DNA of 64,000 nucleotides from Blasia pusilla (lineage: Eukaryota). This document shows positions 12,051-23,500 of the stretch, in pieces. The notes beneath the pieces are model-generated. The model worked only from the letters and a program-made list of their open reading frames with translations, made no database searches and had not been told where the DNA came from. The stretch covers positions 27,466,001 to 27,530,000 of the forward strand of contig CM114271.1 of assembly GCA_050084515.1 (NCBI GenBank), written 5' to 3'. Numbering within the stretch: position 1 is the stretch's first letter; each line of letters begins with the position of its first letter. The translations under genes and the position numbers were made by a program.

Positions 12051-12563
12051 AAAGTAAGATCCAATCTCTCTCTACACCATCTCACACCATAGCTCTCAAA
12101 GGTGTGCACTCTCTCTCATGTCAAACCAAACCCACTCTCCTAATGAGAGGCTTGGGTTACACTCATAAGGCAAGGTACCATAGCTCCGCCGCCTCATGCC
12201 AAGAGGTTCAACAAAGAGAGAATGAGCTCTCAAGCTCTCTCTCCTTGAGGTATACCCCTCCCCTCTCCCAAGCTCTCTGCATGGTAACCTATTCTCCCGA
12301 GTCACCTCCTTGGCTCTTGATCTTATGTAGGAGGTCAAGGGCCACTTAACAAAAATAGTAAGTCGATCATATACTATAAATGGTACTTACCTAAAATAGT
12401 AAGTTCCTCAATATGGCTCCAAATGAGCCGAAACGAAGGGGAAACCTGCTATCTCAGGTTTCCAAGGGCCTCAGCAGGTCACCCTCGACCTACTGGGCGT
12501 GTCCTCCACTACTCATGAAGGCGCTCTATTAGATCCCACCGATCTATCCTAAAAGACGTGACA
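12051..12563 (-). repeat. 5' terminal repeat segment B1 of copy 1
   Basis: Repeat of 1806-2318; no adjacent A segment. Confidence 0.92.
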
Positions 12564-13680
12564 AATACTTGGATCCTACCACCGCATCATACAAGTTATC
12601 TACCATAGGCAACAGATACTTGTTCTTAATAGCCTTTTTCTTCAATGCCCTATAATCCACACACAATCGGAGAGAACCATAGTTTTTTGAGTTTAAAAGG
12701 GAAGGGCGTCGAAGCTCCAACCTAATTATGTGGATGAACATGTTTTCCTCCAATACCTCAATATGCCCATACAAGAGTTGAAGTTCGTGGGGAGTCATTC
12801 TCGAATCTCCATGGGTTCCTCCCCATTGGGGTAATTATGTATTTAAGTTCAATCTTATGATCCACATCTCTCTCAGAGTCTCAGGAGAAAACCATTTTGG
12901 AAGTTCCCCAGTCAAGACATTCCAATCCTTCCAAGATTTTCCTCATCTTAGGCATGAGATCCCCCGTAAGTTCCTCCTTTAGTGATATCTTGTTATGTTC
13001 AGACTCCATAGGTTTCAACTTGACTCCCTGACATTGGAACCCACCCTTAAGACCCTTCTCAAATGTTTTTAACAGACATCATAAGAGCATGATATTTTAC
13101 TTGATTAACGCTCAAAATTTGAGGACACACATTTGCAGTTTGAATCTCAAGAACCCTCATGGTATTTCCATCACAAAGAGAAAACTCTAATATGTCTTTG
13201 GCTGATCTAATAACTTAAATTAGCATTTGTATGCAAAAACCTAAGTGATGAAATCATATCCATTCTACATAGGCTACATACTTCAAGAAGACCTCAACTC
13301 CCCCAATGGCCCTAGGAATCTAATAAGTCCCAAAATATGCTTTCCCTTAGTCATATATTGATTGAGATGTTTAATGTCCATCTCAGTCCTATGCATGGGT
13401 AACTTCATCAACCACATACTCCATTCAAGCTTGTGGTTGATCCTTCAACGCCTCAAACATGGCATGTTGGATCTCATTGAGATTCGTCGGTGATTAGACC
13501 CCCATGACCTTCCTTTGAGAGTATCCCCTCATCCTCTTTTTCAATGATAATGACTCCTTGGGCACATGTGCTTGGGCTTCGAGTCCCTCAAGGTTGAGGT
13601 CTTCCAACAAGTTTCCAAGAGTCTTCAGCAAGGATTTTTTTTTCCAAACGGTGTTTTTTCCTTGTATCCCTCATTTTGAT

Positions 13681-14018
13681 CAAGGTTGCATATGGACAAA
13701 GTCCATCTTTGCGGACATGTCCATATCCGTGGACTTATGTCTGTCTTATAGAAGGTCTTGTCCACATGGGTCCCATCAACCCCTCCTTTCTCATCCTCCC
13801 CCACTTGTCTACATTTCTTCCTCCTCCCACCTCCACTCCTTCCCCCCTTATTCCCCCGCCCGCCCGCCCTTGCTCCACCTTTGACCATGAACTATAAGTA
13901 TAGGCCCCACATTTTGTAATCCATGTCCATGCACATGTCCAAACTTTTCCGTCGTAGAGACGGACAAGTTTGGACATGTGCTCAATGGATAAGTCCGTCT
14001 CTAGGACGGACAAGTCCA
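13681..14018 (+). mobile_element. hAT-type MITE, right end disrupted
   Basis: Starts CAAGGTTGCA; internal sequence similar to 53235-53542. Confidence 0.7.
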
Positions 14019-14045
14019 TTGAGTATGGCCTACATGGTGGTTTTC

Positions 14046-14266
14046 TCTTAGGGTGTGGAGTGCTTTGAATTGAGGCAAAGAAGAGTAGAGGTCAAAATCT
14101 GCAACATAATCTAAGAGAAAACCACCATGTAGGCCATACTCAATGGATGGACCCACCAAAATCATCCATTGAGTATGGCCTACATGGTGGTTTTCTCTTA
14201 GATTATGTTGCAGATTTTGACCTCTACTCTTCTTTGCCTCAATTCAAAGCACTCCACACCCTAAGA
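14046..14266. repeat. Apparently perfect ~104-bp inverted repeat with 13-nt loop
   Basis: 14046-14149 is the reverse complement of 14163-14266; additional partial direct copy at ~14017-14051. Confidence 0.9.
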
Positions 14267-14829
14267 TTTGCAAGTGGAAGTTTTGGATTGAGTCTCAACC
14301 ACTCAACCACTTGCGCGTTCCATAAGTACCTATGTAGTCACCAAGCGCTAATCAAATTTGAGACTCCCAAGGTGCATATTGTCCCCCAAAGAGACTCTTC
14401 CCCAAGCCTCAACCACAAGTCGCTCGCCTAAACTAGAGCTTGTTGTTAATTCCTCAAGGTGTATCTCAAATGATCCCTTAACTTAAACCTGAAACGGGGC
14501 CCGACACGCATCATGGTTTATCCCTTGTTCATGGAATTCAGCGTGTAGGGAGGGAGACACTTCCTTCCCTCCCCCCCAACTATAGGTAATTCTATGGTTC
14601 TCCACACTTTTCCCATCGTCCATCCTAGGCCCTTCATTTTAGCCCATAACCCAAATATGCTTAACGTTTGCGTCTCGCGGACCCGCATTTAACTAGCTAG
14701 TTAACCCTTAAGATAGCTTGGCACAATCTCCATATAGATGCATAGATTCTCCAACTGCCAAACCCCCAAATGCATCTTGGAGCTTAGACCTTTGTTTTAT
14801 GTAGTTCATGAGAATATGAGAAAGATGAG

Positions 14830-14914
14830 AGAGAAAATCCAACGGTCACTACCTGCTCCTCACTCATGTTGAGCTCCATACACTCAGACAACTCAAAGAC
14901 CTTCAATGTGGGCT
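14830..14914 (-). pseudogene. gag fragment of the copy-2 family (left part, split by the MULE)
   Basis: Matches ~34000-34086; continues at 26574 after the TSD. Confidence 0.85.
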
Positions 14915-15337
14915 GAGGTGCGGTAAGAGGAGAGGAAGAGAGGAAGAGAGGAGAGAGGAGAGAGGAGAGAGGAAACTACCTTCAACCGAAAGAGATAATT
15001 TTTTTAAGAGAGTTTCCTGTGATTTGAAGAGAGTTTTCGTTGGGTTGAAGAGAGGAAACTTTTTGTGTGAATTTTTTTGCACTTTTCTGCTCAGTTCTTA
15101 AGCACTCCCACAGTTTTTTTTTTCCTCTTCTACATATTTGGAAACCCCTCTAAGTCCGACGAGTTGCAAATTGCACAAAATTTAGAAAACTGAAAAATCA
15201 GTGGAATCATAAGTGTGGAACCAATCACTTTTTCCATCCAAGGTCTGGAAAAAATCTATCATTTGCCCTGGGCTAAATAGAGTTCAAGCTCAAAGTGAAG
15301 GTTTTGGAGAATGAATCTAAAACCTCATTTTGCATCC

Positions 15338-18300
15338 TCAAAGTGGTTTGTTTAAAATAATACCCACTTCTTTGAGGGACAAAATTGGTTGGTGCATTCC
15401 TACTCCTACCTCCGACTCTCTTAAAACTACAAGCAACACATAGTACATTTGCTTACAAGGGAAATACCTTTTGCCACTTGTCTCTCTTTGGACAAAGTCA
15501 TCACATGAACATGTGGGAAAGCAACAGATGTGCACCACATACACCCCCGTGACACTTGAATTTACAGTGTTGTTCCTGACCCAAGACATCCTTCCTATTC
15601 CATTGCCACTGTGGACATCTTTTGTGGAGATGATCTCTATTTTTGCCTCTCGAGGTGATGCAATTCGCTTTGCTCTCTCCACCGTTGGCCTACACAATCT
15701 GTTTCTCTTCACCCCATTTCTAGACTAAGAGAGAAATAGTGGATTGAGATCATCCACCTTCTCCGGGTACATGTTGACATCAATCTTGGGTTGAATACAA
15801 AATGCGAAGGTCTGTGTAATGCGAACATACTCTGAACTTCCTCCGTCTACGAGTTTGAAACTGGCACTTGTAAGATTGTCCACTTCGTCTTGAGTGCAAT
15901 TCGTACCTGCGGCGATGGGCCAAATCGTGGGGGTATTCCCCGGAGCTCTAATGGCAACCGGATAAGACTTTTGGAAAGCGCAAGATTCATTTGGGCAGAA
16001 GAAGTACTTTAATTGATCTCCGATCCTCGTGAAACGATCAAAGGTTTTGAGTCCCCAAAACCCAGGCAGTGGTCGTCCAGTCCTTGCACAGTTCTTATTT
16101 AGGAAAGTGCCGCATGCTCTCCTAATGCCATCAGATCCTGCCATGCAAGTGGGTCCACGTCCAGGGTTGCTTGGAGATATAAGCCACCGTTTCAGGTTGC
16201 AATCCACCTCCATGACCGGAATCCCATATTGTTGAACCACCCCAGCGACCGGATGTTACGAACTTCCAGCAACGGAGGGCTTTTGAAATAAAACATTCAC
16301 TGATTTTGGAGAAGTTACTCCATCACGGATTTAGGAGCAATCCCAGGTCCTTGAATACCTAGGCGGCATAATTTCCTCATCCAAATCAATCACCGGATTT
16401 GTTCCTCGATGCTGCCTCTTCACCTGCCTGAAGTCAAGATACTTATCTGGTCTCCACGAGTCTCGCTCGGACTGCTCTACCACCATCTGTATGGGACGTA
16501 TTGAAATGTGCCCACGAATATCCCCACCAAAATGTACGTCTTGTTCGAGGGGAGTTCCTGCTAGGCACCGGTTGAAGGCTTCCACATAGAGTTTCTCATC
16601 ACCAGATCTCAAAGCCGCCCTGACATAGAGCTCGTAGATCAAAGGCCCCCTTCCTTTTGTTATGCCTTTTGTGAGGAAGATATGGAATGCTTCAGACTGT
16701 AGCATTGCTCTTGCCTGGTCTTGTTGGCATGCCTCTACAAGTGAAATTCTTTGGCATGCTTGTGAGGACCTCTAGGAGGAATGAACACTTTCTGCTCCAC
16801 TTGTGTTGGGGCAGAGGGAATTTTCATGAATGTTCAATCCTTACAACGACCCCAATGTGAGAAGGGAACGAAAAGGGCATGCCTGACAAAGAAATAAGCT
16901 AACTGTCAAAACCAGACGGGTTGCAAGGCCGAGGCATCCCCTGAACAACTGAGCGACCTGTCGGTTCCTGACGTGTTGCAATACCCAGGAACCACCTAGT
17001 CGGATTTTGACGGGTTGCAAGTAAATTTGGCCATGCGACTTGCAATCCGTCCTTTTCCGACTGGTTGCACACTCACACAACCCCTCAACCCGTCCTTTTC
17101 CGACTGGTTGCACTCTCAGGAAACCCGTCATCCCATCCGATTCCGACGGGTTGCAAGTAAATTTGGCCGTGCAACTTGCAACCCATCGGTTTCCGACTGG
17201 TTGCACACTTACGCAACCCGTCGGTAAGCGATGGGTTGAACACTTAAGGAGGCAACTTGTCGCATCCGACAAGTTTCTTGGTTTCTTTGGTTTGAAATCC
17301 CTATAGTGCCCACGCTTCTCACCTTTAGCTGCAACTCTTCAAACAATTTTCAGCGAGACAAATTAGTGAACTCACCTCCTGCATGAAGTTTCCCAATTGT
17401 CTCATTCGTACAGTCCACCAACTCAACCAAGAGCATAGCTCTTTGTACTTCCCCTCAATCTCATGTTTCCTCCACCACCCATGAATTTTTTTTCTTGGCA
17501 TTCCATGGCCTGTTTCAAGGTTTTGCTATCCTTGCAGCGTTGGAGTAGAGTGACATGCTCCGTCCTCTTATTCTCCTTGATGCAAGATTTGGTGTACCGG
17601 GCCACAGAATGTTGCAAATGGAAAGCATCCGACCTTTCTCTCTCCGGTTGAACCTCCCAACCCCAAAACACTTCACTGATAGCAATCCACCCAGGTTGTG
17701 CATTGTCCGCCATGAACCCATAAATTTCCGGAGGTGGCCTTTTGTTTTCCTTCACCACCTCCAATAAGAGTAACCAGCAAATCTTCAAACTGCCAACGTC
17801 TTCTGCTTTTACTTCACAGACAAATATAGTTTTGAGTCCCTTCTCCACATGGTCATAAACGTGAGCACCCATTTTCAACCATCCGTTCAGCACTCTATAG
17901 CAAATATCAAAGCTTACCCAACTGCCGTAAAGATCTTCCCATTCCCTCATTTGGTCTATAAGATTGAGGCCACTCGACGAACCTGTCGTTGACCTTTTGA
18001 AGACATAGGCCTTGGATCCTTTGCCTCCCTGGCCCATGAAGTGCCATCTGTGAATGAATGGAAATCTGGAGTTGGCCTTGATTCTGGAAATGGCATCCAT
18101 TTCGGCCATCTTTCCATCCAATACCTGTATTTGACCTAGCAAATTCCGGAAGCACTCAGGATCAGCGAGAAATGCGAGATTTTCCCAGAGTTGTTTCTCC
18201 TCAACAGCCGTGATCTCGCCCTGTCCAGGGATTCCAAGCAGTTGTTCACAATTTGTGATGTTTTTGTTAACTTGATCACTTCGGGCTTTGAACCCAGAGA

Positions 18301-19200
18301 GTTTTTGTAGACCTCGGCCACTTTCTTCGCCACATCTTCCTTGATGTGTCTCTGAATTGCATCGGTCACAGGATGAGTGTGGGAGCCAACATGAACTGCC
18401 AACCTTGTGTACTCTGACGTGGAACCCAAGTCGTGGACAATGAAAAATATGTATGTAGGACATGCTCCAACGCAGAAAGGGGATGCTTGACAATAAGGAC
18501 ATCGATGGCCTCCCGGCGGTATGGTGGCACCGACCTCATATGGAGTTTCTGCATTCTTGGGAGGGAATTGCGACGTATTGACCTGCCCGTTGCGTTCTAG
18601 ATACGGGCATGCTGGACTTCTACACTCCAAGGCTCCAACGCATTGGCGGCGGGAGACAATCCAAGGACCATCTGGAATTAAAGCACTAGTCCGTTGAAGC
18701 CTGCACCATCAATGAGAATCACAATTTCTGTCCATACCCTTCAAGCGTCCTCCATCTTTCTTTTGACCAGGAGCAGCAAGTGGAAGCAACTCAAAAATGC
18801 AATTACCATCGTACGTGGGCGGCAGCTCATCGACAAGAATGTGTTTGACCATTTTCAAGGCCAGAGACAATAGCAAACTATTGCCTGATATTCGCAAGAG
18901 GAACGAGTAGGCGGACATAGGGCCTGGTTGGTGTCTGACCGATCCACTGAGGTTGACAACATCGGGAATTTCTTCAGGAAGTACAACATTGTAACGAATG
19001 TGTGAAGTTGGAGTCGATGCCGGATCTACTGAGCTAGGAGTTGCAAAAGTAGAGCTCGATGCACTAGAAAATTCTCGACGGTCTACTTGGGAAACATAGG
19101 AATTCAGATGCAAGCCGTAAACTCTATATTGACCATTTTCTAGAGGTAGAAGATTCCATACTTTACGGTCTGCAATCACTCACTGGATTGTCTCACCTAT
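15338..19200 (-). pseudogene. MULE-type transposase: GCM-like zinc domain, DDE core, SWIM finger (stops/frameshifts; probable intron ~16883-17375)
   Basis: QCVGALECRSPAC...CPYC...C...HVGSHTHP; VSFD (D1), FMAD (D2), DAFH (C/DxxH), PNTSGAESVH (E, ~16775-16810); CSCDDF...PCKQ SWIM; GT-AG sites at 17375 and 16883. Confidence 0.8.
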
Positions 19201-20530
19201 TATGTCCTACGTACCGTCCATCCTAACATCCTTGGACACAAAGATTATTCCAATTTGGAGAAGAAATCGAAGTGAGAGAAAATTTTCATCCACTAGTATG
19301 AAAGACTCACGAGCTTGCGGTCAAACGATTTCTGATTGAGGAAGGGCCGCTAGATGACTGCCACAAGTGAGCTTCACATAATTATCCATTCCCAAAAGAT
19401 TCCACCGTGAGGAGACTGAGAATGAGAATGAGGATAAGAATGGGAATGGGTATGAGAATGAGAATGAGAATGTTCAATTTATAGTGAATAGGGGCTCAGA
19501 TTCTCCTGACAGAATTTGACTGACAAGATGAAGTTTGGTAGGTGAGATTGTCTGACATGATGGATTCAATTCTATTGCAACCTGTCGGAGTCCGATGGGT
19601 TGCAGAATTTGGGAATCACAGACGTGGGTTGCGAAGCACCCAGTTCCATTTTTTGTTTCCGTGTCCCAATGCAAATTGGAAGCCGTCGGAGTCCGTTGGG
19701 TTGGTACCCGCTGCATGCCGACCAATGGTCTTTTGAGACGATTTTGCTAGCATCAAACACGAGACATCTCTTGCATTTTCTAACGTAACTAATCGCTCGG
19801 GACTGTTACGGGATTTTCCAACTCAGGGTAGACCTTGTGACCCATCGGATTGCAAGAGGTTTCCTCGGAACTACCCGTTGTCACATTGTTACCAGAGGGA
19901 TAGAAAAGAGTGCAACCTGTCTGTAACCGATGTGTTGCCCATGTACCTCGCCTATTATCCCAAGATGAGGGAAGCGTGCAACCCGTCGGCCTACGACAAG
20001 TTGCGCGGGTACCCCGCCTTGTTATCCCAAGACGAGGGAAGGGTGCAACCCCCCGGTCTCCGACGGGTTGCGCGGGTACCTCGCGTTCTTGCCCCAAGAC
20101 GGCAGAGGCACGCAACCTGTAGGACTCAGACGGATTGCCAGAATAGCTCGGCTAGGACGGATGCCTCCAACCCGTCAGAGACCGTTGGGTTCATGGTTTT
20201 CACGTCCAGACTTCTATAACGGCCAACACGTCGCCGTCGAAACGACGGTGCGACCCAACGATCAGCTCAACGGCTCGAAAAGTATAAATAGGCTAGGGTT
20301 TGCTCATTTCCGATTTTTCATTTCGCGATCTCGATTTCTCTTCAGCGCAGCATCGGACCAAATACCAAGGGGCGCTTTACACGGTGACTCATCGCGAGAC
20401 ACATCGCGAGACGATTCAAGCGACTCATGGAGGCGACTCATCCGAGCGACTCATCAAGGCGACTCGTCGAGGCGACTCATCGTGCACATAAACTAATTTC
20501 GTTGTCGAGGAGGTGGCATTTTCCGGAACA

Positions 20531-23500
20531 ATGACGAGGAAAAAAACTCAAGCAAGCAAGCCTGGGAGCTTCACTCCCAAGTCCAAGACTCCTGCGTCAC
20601 CATCTCCAAGGCCTCGTTCGGCCAATGAGATAAGGCAGCAAGAGATCGAAGAGCGCAAAAGGGAAGCGGAGATGCACAAACAAGAGCTTCTTGCAAAACG
20701 TGTTGAGGAGGCGATCGAAAAACAGAACGCAGAGGCTGAGGCGTCGTAGGCCTTGAAGAAAAGCATCGCCGGGGGGGAGTGTGAAAAGAACCGTCTGGAC
20801 GCGTCGGTGAGGAGAGCAGAATTGGCAAAAGCTTGAAGGGAAAAAGAGATTGCCATTGAAGAAAGCCGGGTCCGTCCAATCGAAAGTATTGAGATGCAGG
20901 AAATGTCTCTGATGAAGTCCGAGGACACAATCAATATAAAATCGGCTGAGGAAATGGGCGAAGTTCAAGTGACGGATGATGAGGTCATGAGGACCGCCAG
21001 CGTGGAGATGGTGGACATCTCTAAAGAAGCAGGAGAGCGGTCTTCCTCGTCTCTTAGCCCGGCGGAAGAAATCAACCTCTATCGGATCGACGAGTTTCCA
21101 GTGGACTTGCCATTTCTTTGTCCCAGCAGCGGTTGGCTAAGACATATCGACCCAATCTTCGAGCGGGTAATATACAAAGTTTGTTCTTTGAGTTATGTGA
21201 AGGCCCATGTTGCAATTCATTGGCAATTCAGTGTAGTTTATTGACCTTGTCCCCGTTGTGACAGGTGGTAAAGCAAATGGCACTGATGGAGGGCCAGAAC
21301 GCCCCGAGAATTCCACTTTTTTGATTGCGGACAATGGAGTAGGTCCGCAAAATTCAGTCTGACGAGGATATTGCGAAGCTGAAACAATCGGCAGCGACAA
21401 CATCCTACGTCAACAGCTTCCCTCCTCTATGTTCAGCCTTACGATGAACATGGAACCCAAGCGCTGGTGACGGAGGAGGACTTGGAAGCGCTCAACACAT
21501 TCTGTAGGATGAGAGATCAGGAATTCAGAAGGGCGATTGAGGGGACGGAATTCAGCTGGATGCGGAACCTGTATTTCTTCATCTGGGATGGAAACCACAG
21601 GTTCATGGCGTGGACCCAGTTTGCAGAGGAGTGCCAAAACTCATTGGAGGCGCATTTTTGCGTGAAGGCACTCGTGCTACATCCATACCCTCATCACATA
21701 GCGACGGTGGAGATGGCCATGCATGTCATGAACACGTAAGTTTCCTCTTCCTTTCTTTTGATTGCTGCAAACTGTCGGACTTCGACGAGTTGTTTAACTA
21801 GTGGTAACAATACATCGGATGCCTTAAAGCAACTTGTCGAAGTTCGACGAGTTGCTTGACTGGCTGCTGTTTTTAGGATATTTTTGGCCGAAAGCAACTT
21901 GTCGAAGTCCGACGAGTTGCTTGACTAGCCGCTGTTTTTAGGATGTTTTTGGCCGAAAGCAACTCGTCGGAGTCCAACGAGTTGCTTGACTAGCCACTAT
22001 TTTTAGGATGCTTTTGGCCGAAAGCAACTCGTCGGACTCCGACGAGTTGCTTGATTGGCCGCTATTTTTACGATGTTTTTGGCCGAAAGCAACTCGTCGG
22101 AATCCGACGAGTTGCTCGATTGGCCGCTGTTTTTAGGATGCTTTTGGCCGAAAGCAACTCGTCGGAGTCCGACGAGTTGCTCGACTGGCCGTTGTTTTTA
22201 GGATGCTTTTGGACGAAAGCAACTCGTCGGACGTCACTTGATTTTTGGCGTCAAATTGCAGCTTTACTTGAAATTGCGCAACCTGTCGGACTCTGACGAG
22301 TTGATATGTTCACTTTTCCAGCGGAGACCACTCTTTGAATACAAATTATCTGACAACCCGTCGGAGTCCGACTGGTTGTAACCAAACAATCACAAATCGG
22401 AATGCTATCCGTCGGACTCCGATGGGTTGCAATATTTAGCTCGTAGCTACCATTCCGACCATGAGGTGTGGCAACCTGTCGGAGTCTGACGGGTTGTAGG
22501 AACCCATGTAGCTTGCAAAAATTCTTATATTGTGTTTGGATGTGCAGGATTGTATCTGAGGGGAATGTCACCCACCACTGGATCCAGAATTGCGATCGGG
22601 TGAAGAAAGTGCTAACGACGCACCCGGCAGAGTACAAGGGGTTCTTGGGCGATGCTTGTAAATGAGATGCTGGCGAAGGGGGCTCAAATAAAAAAAAAGA
22701 CTTGGGAAAATATATTTATTTCCCAAGATGCAGCCGTGACAATCCTTGCTGGTTGAAGCTACAGGCCACCAAGAAGAGCGCTTCATTGGAGTTGGAGCGG
22801 AGGAAGAATATGTCTGTGTCTGAGCGTGCTAAGTTCATCCAAGTTGCAGTATCTGCAGCTACGAAGTACACTGCAAGGAAGATCCAGCGCTACATCGCCA
22901 TTCTCAACCCCAAACTTGGCCCCGATTTCTACAAGGAGCTGAAGGCGATAGTCAAGCGCCAGCGGAAGAGGGATGAAGATCTGCAGGGTCGGATTGGGGA
23001 GAAAGTATCTCTCAATCGCGTCCATCGATTTGCCTTGTCTGGAATTTCAGAATTTAGGAGAATCCGACTGATGAAAATCAGTCTCGAGGGCATAGAGGCC
23101 CAAAAGAGGGCGGCACACCATCCTCCGGGTGTCTCTGTTCCAGTGATCTCCCACTGGCTCCGTGAATGATCATTCTGGGACGCGTTGCGGCCTCTCGAGA
23201 AGTCCATGCTCGTGGGTCTCCAAGCCGAGCTGAAAAAAATAGAGCCTGTTCCGAAGGAAGCAAACCTAGAGAGTGGTAAAGATTTCGAACTTTGGCTGGA
23301 TGACATCTGGGACAAGCCCATAAAAAACCCACTCTTCAGGATGATGTTTAAGGATCACATCCTCCCTCAAGCAGACCTTGATGAAGAAATAGAAGCGAAG
23401 AAAAAAGATTTCACAAAGAAAAAATGAGATCTTCAAGGGCAGGCGGCCAATGCATCTCGACTAAGAGCTACCCAACGCATGGTATTCAGGTACCTCGTCC

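Larger units (their letters stand above)
1678..12563 (-). mobile_element. Ty3/Gypsy retrotransposon copy 1 (gag-PR-DNMT-RT-RH-IN-PHD) with split/permuted terminal repeats
   Basis: Termini TGTC(1678)...GACA(12563); 4-bp TSD AATA (1674-1677 and 12564-12567); the flanks rejoin into an older Gypsy RT (DAVVGSKY|LTKINLRQGYYQI); Gypsy domain order in minus-strand ORFs. Confidence 0.93.
12564..14830 (-). mobile_element. Older degenerate Gypsy element (host of copy 1; continues at ~1590-1677)
   Basis: GSLRLCVDYRALKKKAIKNKYLLPMVDNLYD RT motif; 13430-13680 and 14300-14530 resemble 62990-63240 and 63600-63810. Confidence 0.75.

Noticed and set aside
1678-12563. DIRS/PAT/Ngaro classification based on split direct repeats
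   Set aside because: The element encodes a DDE integrase and protease and has a TSD; I saw no tyrosine recombinase motifs.
21826-22231. CRISPR-like array of palindromic repeats
   Set aside because: The intervening sequences are near-identical rather than unique spacers, there are no cas genes, and the context is a probable eukaryotic intron.
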